Made by a program: the position numbers and the translations under genes. This document shows, piece after piece, positions 49,095-60,999 of a stretch of 64,000 nt of DNA. The stretch covers positions 1-64,000 of the forward strand of contig JAWMAR010001015.1 in assembly GCA_036785375.1 (NCBI GenBank). Reading direction: 5' to 3'. Numbering within the stretch: position 1 is the first letter of the stretch; every line of letters starts with the position of its first letter. This stretch comes from Leucoraja ocellata. Taxonomy: Eukaryota. The notes under the pieces were generated by a model. That model saw only the letters and a program-made list of their open reading frames with translations, made no database searches and had not been told where the DNA came from.

Positions 49095-49850
49095 AGGGTC
49101 AAGAAGAATCAAAAGTGTTTTATTGTCATATATCCCGGACGGGACAATAAAATTCTTACTTGCTGCAGCACAACAGAATATGTGAATATATAAACATAGT
49201 GCATAACGGGGGAAGGGAAAAAAAGAAACATTTCAATAAATAACAAACATAGTGTAAATACCAAATAATAATATAGTATTTAGCCTGATGGCCTGTTTGT
49301 AAAATCTGCTCTTAAGTCAGGTGGTACTTGCAGCCATGCCCCTGTATCATCTGCCTGACGGTAACAAGGAGAACAGTCTGTGTGCTGGGTGGCTGTGGTC
49401 CTTGACGATGCTGTGCAGCAGGCACCACTCTCCAGTGGAAAATGTCCTGAATGGCCAGGAGACAGTTGCCAGTGATGTACTGTGCCGCCTTCTCCACTCT
49501 CTGTAGTGATTTGCGGCTGTGGGCAGAACAGTTCCCGTACCAGACTGTGATGCAACCCGTCAGCAGGCTCTCGATGGTGCATCTGTGGAAGTTTGTGAGG
49601 ATGCTGGCATTCATGCCAAACTACCTCAGTATTCTCAGGAGAAAGAGCTGCTGGCGGGCTTTCTTAGTTATTGTGTCCGTGTGCAGTGTCCAAGAGAGGT
49701 CCTCACTGATGTACACACTGAGGAACTTGAAACTGCTGACCCTTTCAATGTCAACATCACCGATATGGATGGGGAGGTGTCCACTCCCCTGCTGTCTCCT
49801 GTAGTCCATGATCAGCTCTTTAGTTTAGCAGACATTGAGAGAGAGGTTGT
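49095..49850 (-). mobile_element. Rex1-like LINE fragment between copies A and B
   Basis: IERVSSFKFL..DLSWT..KARQ; [20 protein letters not shown]. Confidence 0.85.
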
Positions 49851-49973
49851 TCCTTATGCACACGTCAATAAAGTGAGTCTGGAAAATGAATGCAAGTTGT
49901 CAGAGTCCAGTTGATCGGTGACGACAACACCAGACCTTGTCCGGTTTGTAAGCTTCCTATTTCTCATCTGCAG

Positions 49974-50276
49974 AATTGTCTGTCTTTATCCAAAACCCCT
50001 CTACTGAAGAGATTTGGATCAACAAGACCGCTACTGTGGTGTGCGTGGTAATGGGCGCTGATCTGAGCCAGGTCCAAGTCTACTGGCAAGTGAGCGGAAG
50101 GGAGAGAACTACAGGGGCTGTGACCCACCAACCGAGAGGGGAAAGTACCCAAGACAGAGTGAGCAGTAAACTCCGGAGCAGTGTGGAGGAGTGGACCAGC
50201 GGGGTGGAGGTTGTGTGCTCTGCCCAACGATCTCCATCATCCTCACCAGTGTCAGCACGGACAGAAAGTGCCAAAG
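49974..50276 (+). CDS. IgW: Extra CH3-like Ig C exon, copy B
   Basis: Intact AG/GT sites, phase 1-1, 303 nt, open frame. Confidence 0.9.
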
Positions 50277-50322
50277 GTGGGCGAGAGATCGACAATGATA
50301 CGGCCAACATTAGTTACCATGA

Positions 50323-50667
50323 AGGGCCTTTCCCACTTACGCAACTTTTTCGGTGACGGCCGACACCCGTCGTAGGTCGTTGTAGGTCGCCAAAAAGTTT
50401 CAACATGTTGAAAATCCAGTGGTGACCAGAAAGATGCTACGACTCTTTGGGCGACTGAGGAGACTACTCACGACCATACAAGTGACACCCTGGCGATATG
50501 TCGTGGTGTGAAGCCTGCATCGTCGTGTGTAGTCGCCCAAAGAGTCGTACCTTGTGCTGGTCACCGCTGGATTTTCAACATGACCTGTTTCAAATTTTCG
50601 GCGACCTGTAACGACCTATGACGGGTGCCGGCAGTCGCCAAAAAAGTTGTGTAAGTGGGCAGGCCCT
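50323..50667. mobile_element. Harbinger-type MITE, copy B
   Basis: Same TIRs and TGA TSD as copy A. Confidence 0.85.
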
Positions 50668-50709
50668 TGAGGAAGAGGGACTCACATCTACTTTGCTCCT
50701 CTGTTCCAG

Positions 50710-51027
50710 TTGAAACAAAAAGACCCAAGGTCAGACTGCTGCCTCCAGCTCACCAAGAGACCAAGCGCAGCCACACAGCCATCCTCGAGTGTGTGCTCTC
50801 TGGTTTCTACCCGGACCTCATTAACGTCACTTGGGAGAAAGACGGAGCCCCAATCTCCTCCACTACCAGCGCTACACCGACTGCTCTGGAGCAGGGGGGG
50901 ACTTTCAGTGCCAGCCACTTCCTGAATGTGAGTTCAGAGGATTGGAAGAAAGGCTCAGTCTTCGGCTGTACAGTGTCTCATCCCCCCTCGAACACCAGTA
51001 TCAGCCGGGAAGTGAAAAGCTTTCAAG
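50710..51027 (+). CDS. IgW: Extra CH4-like Ig C exon, copy B
   Basis: Intact AG/GT sites, 318 nt, open frame. Confidence 0.9.
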
Positions 51028-51295
51028 GTACGGTGCTGGGATTCACTCTAATCATCACATCTTTTACCCCATCACAAAATAAGGACCAGGCAAGTTTAGC
51101 ACTGAAGGACAAGTGTTGCAGTGTGTGAGTGAGTCAAGAAGAGTCAAGAGTGTTTTATTGTCATATGTACCACACGGGACAAGGAAATTCTTACTTGCTG
51201 CAGCACAACAGAATATGTGAATATGTAAACATAGTGCATAACGGGGGAAGTGAAAAAACACTTCAATAAATAACAAATCGTGCAAATAACAAATA

Positions 51296-54200
51296 ATAGT
51301 AAGATTAAACGAGAACTTACCAGTTTGAAGTTTGATCTGTATTTTATGAGGAGTTACGATGAGGGATTACGTGAAGAACCCGCTCAGCACGCATGCGCGG
51401 CATACTTCAAAGCAGCGGTGTGGAATCACAGAAAGACCCAGTTATAGAAATGAACATAGTAAAGAAAAGACCTCAGTTATCAGTTTGACCCATATTATTT
51501 GAGGGTGAGAGCGGAGGGCACGTAATCCCTCATCGTAACTCATCGTAAGTTCTCGTTTAATCTTACTATTTTACTTCGGAGTCACGTGAGTGACTGCGTG
51601 AAGATTTTAAAGCTCTGTGATATCAAACCATGTAACATTTCATACTTCACTCGCTGCCGAAGTCATTCGAGGGAGGAAGTATGTTATCGTAATCAATGAT
51701 GAATCTGTTTGTAAAAATAATAATGGTGTTATTAACAATAACAAGACCAAATGCTCCCCTGGCTTAAATTACATATGTTTTGCAGATTCTTTTCTGCAAC
51801 CGACACAGGTTCTGTCAGTGGTTTGTATTAAAAGTTTGGAACGTATACTCCCTAGACCACCCCGCTGTAGCCAGGATGTGGTCCATAGGCTCGTCCATCC
51901 TCTTAGTCACTGACGTGGAAGCTGTCCTGGTAGAATAAGATTTATACACGTTAGTATTTACTCCAGCAACTCCCAGTACCTGCTTGAGCCACTAGAGATA
52001 GTTTAGCTCATCACCTGACCATGAGGTTTATTGTGGCTGACCCATAAGGCTTTTTCCTCTCCCTCGGTATTGCTTATTGTGTCGATGTAGATCTCTAAGT
52101 GGGTCATGACACATAAAACGTGGTTCAGGTGGGTATGCCCGGAATTCCATGTCTGGACCTGATGTTCCTAGTCTGTTCTGTTTGGCCAGCCCTTGAATGG
52201 GAAACGTAACACTATCTGGTGTTATAACCATGTTGTCCAATCGCAGTAGATGGAAGAACTGGCTCTTTGTGTTGATGTAAGGCCTCCAGCATGTCCATCT
52301 TCAGGGTAGGCTGTTCCAGGGTGAGGGACCTGGCTGGTGATCATCCCCTAAGGTATGTCAGGACTTCACTGACATCCCAATTTGGGTGTACCTATTTCAG
52401 GGGAATGTATGTATATACCTCTCCTGTATCTGATCACCAGTGAGCGGTACCCTTTGCCCTGTTGTCGTGGTGCCCAACTTGAGCAGGCTGACAGAACATT
52501 TCCTTCATTGTGGTGGAGACCTGCCAGGAACTCCAGTACAGGTTTTTGTTGTAGTTGAATGTGTAGTTTCTGTTTTTGAACAGTTTCCCATTTCTTGATG
52601 TTCGTCAGGTATGTTCCCTAGTGGATATGCGACGGAGTGCTGTCATCATGTTGATAGTGCTGTCTGATCCAAACAAAGCAGTGGTCTTCCCAATTCTGCA
52701 ATTCTTTTAATGACCATGTCGAGGATCGCTGGGAACCATGCCTGTGGACTTAGTCCACTGTAATTTGCGTAGTACCCGACTGATGAAGCCGTAGTACCTA
52801 TTGAAGAGGTAGAAGGAAGGGAGAACATAGAGATTAGATTCCCCCCCAATACGCGGGGATGAATCCATCGCCGCTGGCTTGAGATTGGTTTCATGCGACG
52901 TACGTTAGTACGTGGCGATTTAATTGAATATAAGGAAATCGATATCTGGTGTCCATATTGCTTATTACTTTCAGCAAATATTTTTGGTTTAAATGTTTGT
53001 TTACAGTATTTAGCTCACCTGAATAGGTAAGTTACTGATGGTCAAACATGTTTGACGACATACCGTTACCAATTGTTAATAAATTGTCACCTAATATCGA
53101 TGTTCTCCGCCCAAGTGGTTTGGTATATGCCACCACTTGTTAATTTATAAACGAACATGCAGAATGGTGCATTACTGAGCAATGTTTCACTAGAAGTAAG
53201 TAAAATTTGATATATAACACGTTTAAGTCAACTCGTATTGGCACTAAGTATTACAAGCTCAGTAACACATCAGAACACATAAGATGTTACTGAAACCAGG
53301 TGGAAGTGTACAACCATAATCCTTCCTATGCAGATGAATTCCATGATGACACTCCAGATTAGTCCATTTGCCACCATATTATAGGTATGGAATATAGTTT
53401 GAACACAAGTATCTCAGCTCATAGGAAAGGGACAATGTTCAGTAGCTGGTAATGCTGCTACTATCCCAATTACTTTGCCACGTAGTTGAATGGTGGTTAA
53501 ATGTTACCATAACTGATAGCATTAATGAATACCAGATAGACAATGTTGTGGATGGTCAACGTAATATCTGGATATATGACAGAGCCAGCTAAATAAGTTA
53601 GTAGCTAATGCAGCTAATAAAGCTTTATCCAAGGATAGTCTGTCATTAATATATAGACATGCCATGACGGAATGTTCCTTAAGTGTCAGGGCTGGTTGAT
53701 TCTGGAATAGCTTCGGCTTATATGCCAATTCAATACTCAAATCAAGTTTATTTGTCACATACACACGCGAGATGTGCAGCGAATGAAAATGGCAATGCTC
53801 GCATGGTTACCCCATCCAGGTAATTGTGGTATATCCAAAAAACTTATATGAAAAGGTACTGAATAGTATGCATCTTCAAAGTCGATGTCTACCATAAAGT
53901 GTCCTTGGATCCATGGTAGGAGTTACAAATCCCATGTGGGTATACCTGGTGAAATACTGAAGTAGCAATGTTACAAAATTTTGAGATTTTAAAAATCAAG
54001 TCTGCAATTTATCCCATCAGATAAAGCATAACAATAAGTTTAATTTGACACCAAATTCACTTTCATATCTCAAGTATTAAAAAAGTTATGGCCATTTTCA
54101 TACTCGGAAATTAGCATCTTGTTCCCTATTGATTTTCAATGGACATTACAAAAAAGCTGTGATCTTGGATTGTCAAAAGCCCATTTCTTAAGGAAAGATT

Positions 54201-56509
54201 AACATTTTTAAATAGCCTAAGTGTCCAAAGATTATTCACAAATAATTCACAATATAACATGATTTTTATATCTTTTACATTAATTTATAGGCCAAATGGA
54301 AGGAATTTAGTGTTCAATTGCTGTAAATAAATGCCCATTTAAATCGGCTTTCTAGTGGGTTTCTGTGAACGCACTGGTTTAGAATGTTGACATCGCGCTG
54401 GATTAGTGCCCTCAAATGCCGAGAAAAATACTGCGGGATATAAAAAGCCCAAAATGAACTACTCGCTATAGATAACTTGATATACAGGGTTATATATATG
54501 CCCCATTTAATGTAAAAATAAGGTACATACCTTTAATTGTTTGCTTTATAAAACCCTGGGGCTGCGAGAGGTTGCGGAATCAGAGAGTAATTTAAAAACT
54601 ATTAGAACTATATTATCGAGGCCTATAAAACTAATAATACCTTTTGCGACCGGGTCTTGCAGCGATTTTTGGTTAATGATTTACTAGGCTGAACATCTGC
54701 GATTAGTACAGCCTAGTAAAAATCGCGTTTTAAACCCGCCCCCTCCAAACAGCGCCAAAATCGCGGACCTGGCTGTGGGCAGATTCCCAATGACGATTCA
54801 GGTAGGTTTTGTAACATACCTAACTCAAGTGGTTAATCAATGATGGTGCGACATTCACCATCGTGGGAGGGTAGACTCCTTGGGGTGCTTGCTGATTTGG
54901 TGGCAAGATATTAATTCTATTCCCCTTGAATATATATTTTGGTATATAACTACCAAGAGTGATAGCTTCCTAACCAGGCGTGATTCACCCACCCCTTGTT
55001 AGTACAAACCCTTCACCTTTATGTCATAGTAGGAACCAAACCTATCTGCCTTCATTGTTGTTTTCTTCAGTTTCTGGTTCCTTGTTCTTGTAGGGACGAT
55101 GTTTGTTGGGGGGTGGAGCATTTTCCATGGGGCCTGCTGTGGGCCCTGGCCTAAAAGGCTTACGGGATTGGCATGCAGGCCCCGAGCTTTCACCAGTACC
55201 ATGAGGTAGACGCCCCTGGTGGACGCGTAGAGGTACTGCTGTCTGGTTTAGTGTGGTGCTCATTCCAGACTCTGCCCTCTTGTGCCGAATAGTTTGAACA
55301 CTTTGTCCAGTTTTTAGGACTGGTTTGGTAAGTGCCAGGTAGCAGGATCTGTGGTTGTGAGATCGGCGTTCTCACAGTCCTGTGAATTTCATACATTGAG
55401 GGCAGGTTTGTGACTTCCCTTGAGAAGTTACGGGGTATACTGTTGAACAGTAGGGTCAGGTGTTTTGCCATACTACCCTGCCCTTCTGGAATGAGCAGGT
55501 GGACATGATAGCCGACGTCAGGGTATCAAATGTAATTTTAAGATATTTGGGTTAAAATGCGCTGCTCAATGTATCCCCCAATAATGGCGGGCACTTCGAG
55601 TAAATGCAATTTAGGGGAGGCGTGATGAAACCAATGCCTCATGGCTACCAGTCTTGGAGAGGTTTTTTGGAAAAAACAGGTAGTAGGCTGGCCATCAGTT
55701 AAGACTGAAAGGCCACCTTGCTCGTGGTGAAACCACGTAGCGGCCACACCCAGCAGCTCTTCCTGATCCTGTACCCCAAGCATACTCCCGATATTGTTCA
55801 GCCAGTGCCCATCTTCTTGACCAGCCCAGCTCTGGTCGCCAAAGCTGTCCTCGGATGAGGAGGAAGCAATGGCCAGTGTGGAGGGAGTGCCTGAATTCCC
55901 TCTGCGAAACTGCTCCTCACGAAGCACGTCTCGCTGGAGCTTACGCTCCATGAGCCGCTCCATGCCAGGAAAACCGACCTCAGAGTAGACTTACCTGATG
56001 GTCCGTTTTTTAACTGTAGCGGGGGCGCCTGACTCCCGCTGTGCCTCTGGACTGGAAACCAGCGCAGCTCTGTCTGTGGACCGCAGCGTGTGTGGTCCTG
56101 GTGCCGTCTCTCCCCCCTCCGCGAACGGAATGCTCCTTCCCCAGAGGCCACGGGGGGGTGGGGGGGGGGGGCTTACGTCTGGACTGGCACCGACGCAGAT
56201 CCCTATCTGTGGACCGCAGCGTGTGTGGTCCTGGTGCCGTCTCTCCCCCCTCCGCGAACGGAACGCTCCTTCCCCAGAGTCCAACGGGGGCCGCTTGCAT
56301 CTGCTGCTTTGCTCCACCTGGAGCAACAAACAGACGCGAGTCGCTAGTTAAAACTGAAGGTAAGTACTTACCTAACGGTTCCTTCCTTCAGGCTTGTAGC
56401 GGGAGCGCCTGACTCCCGCTTGCCGCTGTTGCCTGCGTGAACGTAATGCCGCGCATGCGTGCTGAGCGGGTTCCTCACGTAGTCACGCACTTGACTCCGA
56501 AGTAAAATA
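51296..56509 (-). mobile_element. DIRS1-type tyrosine-recombinase retrotransposon, complete ends, decayed ORFs
   Basis: ITRs at about 51370-51405 and 56443-56480; ICR at about 51519-51603 complementary to both termini. Minus-strand remnants: YR (WLKQVLGVAGVNT, STRTASTS, DHILATAGWS) and RT (GHFMVDID.., DAYYSVP). Confidence 0.9.
53963..54822. mobile_element. hAT-like non-autonomous TIR element nested in the DIRS RT
   Basis: Ends tagcaatgttacaaaa / ttttgtaacataccta; near-identical 8-bp flanks actgaagt and actcaagt. Confidence 0.65.
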
Positions 56510-57088
56510 TAGTATTTAGCCTGATAGCCTGATGGTCAAAATAGTTCTTAAGTCTGGTGGTACTTGCAGCCATGCCCCTGTATCGTCTGCCTGACGGTAA
56601 CAAGGAGAACAGTCTGTGTGCTGGGTGGCCGTGGTCCTTGATGATGGTGTGTGCCTTCCACAGGCACCGACAGTGGAAAATGTCCTGAATGGCCAGGAGA
56701 CAGTTGCCAGTGATGTGCTCTGCCGCCTTCTCCACTCTCTGTAGTGATTTGCGGCTGTGGGCAGAACAGTTCCCGTACCAGACTGTGATGCAACCCGTCA
56801 GCAGGCTCTCGATGGTGCATCTGTAGACGTTTGTGAGGATGCTGGCGTTCATGCCAAACTACCTCAGTATTCTCAGGAGAAAGAGCCGCTGGCGGGCTTT
56901 CTTAGTTATTGTGTCCGTGTGCAGTGTCCAGGAGAGGTCCTCACTGATGTACACACTGAGGAACTTGAAGCTGCTGACCCTTTCAATGTCAACATCACCG
57001 ATATGGATGGGGAGGTGTCCACTCCCCTGCTGTCTCCTGTAGTCCATGATCAGCTCTTTAGTTTAGCAGACATTGAGAGAGAGGTTGT
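56510..57088 (-). mobile_element. Rex1-like fragment, continuation of the B-C spacer after the DIRS insertion
   Basis: Paralog of 49273-49850. Confidence 0.85.
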
Positions 57089-57211
57089 TCCTTATGCACA
57101 CGTCAATAAAGTGAGTCTGGAAAATGAATGCAAGTTGTCAGAGTCCAGTTGATCGGTGACGACAACACCAGACCTTGTCCGGTTTGTAAGCTTCCTATTT
57201 CTCATCTGCAG

Positions 57212-57514
57212 AATTGTCTGTCTTTATCCAAAACCCCTCTACTGAAGAGATTTGGATCAACAAGACCGCTACTGTGGTGTGCGTGGTAATGGGCGCTGAT
57301 CTGAGCCAGGTCCAAGTCTACTGGCAAGTGAGCGGAAGGGAGAGAACTACAGGGGCTGTGACCCGCCAACCGAGAGGGGAAAGTACACAAGACAGAGTGA
57401 GCAGTAAACTCCGGAGCAATGTGGAGGAGTGGACCAGCGGGGTGGAGGTTGTGTGCTCTGCCCAACGATCTCCATCATCCTCACCAGTGTCAGCACGGAC
57501 AGAAAGTGCCAAAG
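57212..57514 (+). CDS. IgW: Extra CH3-like Ig C exon, copy C
   Basis: Intact AG/GT sites, 303 nt, open frame. Confidence 0.9.
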
Positions 57515-57560
57515 GTGGGCGAGAGATCGGCAATGATACGGCCAACATTAGTTACCATGA

Positions 57561-57888
57561 AGGGCCTTTCCCACTTACGCAACTTTTTCGGTGACGGCCG
57601 GCACCAGTCGTAGGTGATTGTAGGTCGCCAAAAAGTTTCAACATGTTGAAAATTCAGTGGTGACCAGAAAGATGCTACGACTCTTTTGGTGACTGAACAG
57701 ACTACTCACGACCATACAAGTGACACCCTGGCGATATGTCGCGGGATGAAACCTGTATGGTCATGAGTAGTTGCCCAAAGAGTCGTACCTTGTTCTGGTG
57801 GTTGCTGGATTTTCAACATTTTCAACATCGGCGACCTGTGACGGGTGCCAGCAGTCACTGAAAAAGTCACGTAAGTGGGACAGGCCCT
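57561..57888. mobile_element. Harbinger-type MITE, copy C
   Basis: Same TIRs and TGA TSD. Confidence 0.85.
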
Positions 57889-57930
57889 TGAGGAAGAGGG
57901 TCTCACATCTACTTTGCTCCTCTGTTCCAG

Positions 57931-58248
57931 TTGAAACAAAAAGACCCAAGGTCAGACTGCTGCCTCCAGCTCACCAAGAGACCAAGCGAAGCCACACAGC
58001 CATCCTCGAGTGTGTGCTTTCTGGTTTCTACCCGGACCTCATAAACGTCACTTGGGAGAAAGACGGAGCCCCAGTCTCCTCCACTACCAGCGCTACACCG
58101 ACTGCTCTGGAGCAAGGGGGGACTTTCAGTGCCAGCCACTTCCTGACTGTGAGTTCAGAGGATTGGAAGAAAGGCTCAGTCTTCGGCTGCACAGTGTCTC
58201 ATCCCCCCTCGAACACCAGTATCAGCCGGGAAGTGAAAAGCTTTCAAG
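57931..58248 (+). CDS. IgW: Extra CH4-like Ig C exon, copy C
   Basis: Intact AG/GT sites, 318 nt, open frame. Confidence 0.9.
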
Positions 58249-58349
58249 GTACGGTGCTGGGATTCACTCTAATCATCACATCTTTTACCCCATCACAAAA
58301 TAGGCCCAGGCAAGTTTAGCACTGAAGGACAAGTGTTGCAGTGTGTGAG

Positions 58350-58820
58350 TGAGTCAAGAAGAGTCAAGAGTGTTTTATTGTCATATGTCCCAGACGGGAC
58401 AAGGAAATTCTTACTTGCTGCAGCACAACAGAATATGTGAATATGTAAACATAGTGCATAACGGGGAACGAGAAAAAAAGAAAAAGTTTAATAAATAACA
58501 AATAGTGCAAATAACAAACAATAATATAGTCTTTTGCAGTTCGGAGCTCAGAGCTTATTCATTGTGTTTAATAGCTTGATGGCTGTAGGGAAGAAGCTGT
58601 TCCAGTACCTGGACGTTACAGTTTTCAGGCTCCTGTAACTTCTTCCTGATGGCAATGGTGAGATGAGTGTGTGGCCAGGATGGTGTGGGTCCTTGATGAT
58701 TCTGGCTGCCTTTTTGAGGCAGTGACTATGATAGATCTCTTCGACGGTGGGGAGGTCAAAGCCAGCGATGAACTGGGCAATGGTCACAACTTTTTGTAGT
58801 ATTTTTTGTTTCTGGATGTT
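58350..58820 (-). mobile_element. Rex1-like 3' fragment
   Basis: KKAARIIKDPHHPGH..LPSGRSYRSLK..NSFFPTAIKLLN. Confidence 0.8.
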
Positions 58821-59840
58821 TGCTCCTATACTCAACTCCTCTTGTTATGAATGCCAACATGCCATTCACTTTCTTAACTGCCTGCTGTACCTACCTGCAT
58901 GCTTACTTTCATGATGCTGAACAAGTTGTCATTTAGAAGGCTAAAGGAAGTTTTGTTTGATGTTTTCACAAAGTTAATGGGAGCTAACAGAATAGATTAT
59001 CCTGTGAAGATCTATTTACACACCTCCACATTCAGGGACAGTTTCTTCCCTGCTGTTATCAGGCAACTGAATCATCCCACCACATCCAGAGAGTGGTCCT
59101 GAACTATTATCTCCCTCACTGGAGACCCTCGGACTATCTTTGATTGGACTTTACTGGTTTTACCTTGCACTAAACATTAATTCCTTATCATGTATGTATA
59201 CACTGTGAATGACTCATTTGTAATCATGTTTTGCCTTTCCGCTGACTGGTTAGCATGCAACAAAAGCATTTCACTGTACCTTGGTACACGTGACAATAAA
59301 CTAAACTAACTAGATGAGGAGGAATTATTTTTTAGTTGTATACAGTGCTCCCTGGGTTACAAATGATCTCCCTGATTTATGGAAATCCAACTTTATACAA
59401 AGTACAGGGTCTAAAAGTTAGAGGTAGCCATGCTGCATGAAGTGGGTCATGATGTCTGAAGAAGGGTCTCGACGTGAAACCTCACCCATTCCTTCTCTCC
59501 AGAGATACTGCCTGTGCAACTGAGTTACCCCAGCTTTTTGTGTCTATCAGAGGTTCATGGAAGTTTGGAATTGCCTTCCACAGTTAGCATTTGGTTCCAG
59601 GTGTGAAGGTGATTTTATATCTGAGATTGCAGAGTTTGACTATACGAGATGATAATGGATGTGGGGGAAAGTCAGCTCAGTGGAGCTGGTGATAGATCTC
59701 CACATATCATTGAACGGTGGAACTAACCCAAGCCTCCTGTCTTCCTGTCCTCCTGTTGTCTTCATTTTATTCACACGTTGTTGATCTTCACAAAACATCA
59801 GCGTCAAACTAACTGTCTCACCTTCTCATTTGTCCTGAAG

Positions 59841-59980
59841 CCGGCACAGAATTGACAGGTGAGGAAGGGAAGGTGGAGCCAGGGGACTTGGATGGAGATG
59901 ACAATATGCTCACAGTTGCTGCCTTCGCCATCTTGTTCATTATCAGTTTCCTCTACAGTACCTTCGTCACTGTTGGCAAG
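59841..59980 (+). CDS. IgW: IgW transmembrane exon TM1
   Basis: Phase-1 acceptor, acidic spacer AGTELTGEEGKVEPGDLDGDDN, then MLTVAAFAILFIISFLYSTFVTVGK (antigen-receptor CART motif LF..S..YST.VT); donor AAG|GTAACG. Missed by the ORF track. Confidence 0.92.
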
Positions 59981-60999
59981 GTAACGATGACCAACGACAA
60001 AGATACTTTGTGACCCCCCCACACTGTGACCGTCCATTCCTCACTACACTGTGTTCTCTGACTCTTCAATCCTCACCACACCACGGCCAACAGATGATGC
60101 AGTCTGGGACAATAAGGGGCGGGGGTGTCAAATGGGATAGTCAGGGCCAGAGTTAAAGGGAAAGGGAGTAAAGGGATAGTTAATGACCCCAGAATTAAAG
60201 GGAAAGAAAGCTCACAAAGGGATAGGAGAGTAATAGGGATCGATGTGAAAGGTGAGATGTGTAAGGAATTAAAAGTATTGTACATGAATGTGCGAAGTAC
60301 AAGAAGTAAAGTAGATGAGCTTGAAGCTCAGTTAGAGGTTGGTAGATATGACATGGTGGGGATTACTGAGACGTGGCTGCAGGAGGATCAGGCCTGGGAA
60401 CTTAATATTCAGGGTTATACAGCCTATAGAAAGGTCAGGCAGGTGGGCAGAGGAGGGGGGGGGTAGCTCTGCTGGTGAGGGAGGGAATTCAGTCCCTTGT
60501 GAGGGAAGACATAGGGACTGAAGAGGTAGAGTCACTGTGGATTGAGTTGAGGAATTACAAAGGCAAGAAGACCCTAATTGGTGTTATCTACAGACCCCCA
60601 AATAGTGGCCCGGATGTAGGGTGTAAGTTGCAGCAGGAGTTAAAACTGGCATGTAACAAAGGTAATGCCACTGTGGTGATGGGGGATTTCAATATGCAGG
60701 TGGACTGGGAAAATCAGCTTGGTTCAGGACCCCAAGAAAGAGAGTTTGTAGAATGCCTCCGACTGTATTCTTAGAGCAGCTTCTAATCAAGCCGACCAGA
60801 GAAAAGGCAATTCTGGATTTAGTGTTGTCTAATGAACCAGATTTGATAAGAGAACGAGAGGTAAAGGAACCGCTTGGAGGTAGTGATCATAATATGATTC
60901 GTTTTAATCTGCAATTTGAGAAGGTGAAGGTTAAATCGGAAGTGTCAGTGATGTAGTTGAACAAAGGGGACTATGAAGGCATCAGAGAGGAGCTGGCCA

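Larger units (their letters stand above)
47786..58510 (+). repeat. Triplicated ~2.07-kb unit carrying CH3-like and CH4-like exons
   Basis: Units start at tccttatgcacacgtcaataaag (47786, 49851, 57089). Spacing is 2065 and 7238 bp; the second includes the 5.2-kb DIRS insertion. Confidence 0.95.

Noticed and set aside
55798-56412. Cluster of overlapping GC-rich ORFs
   Set aside because: This is the 5' region of the DIRS element with an internal ~75-bp direct repeat; no coherent protein.
47786-58510. Triplication as a pure assembly artefact
   Set aside because: The copies carry distinct SNPs, divergent MITE interiors and a copy-specific DIRS insertion. Long-read confirmation is still advisable.
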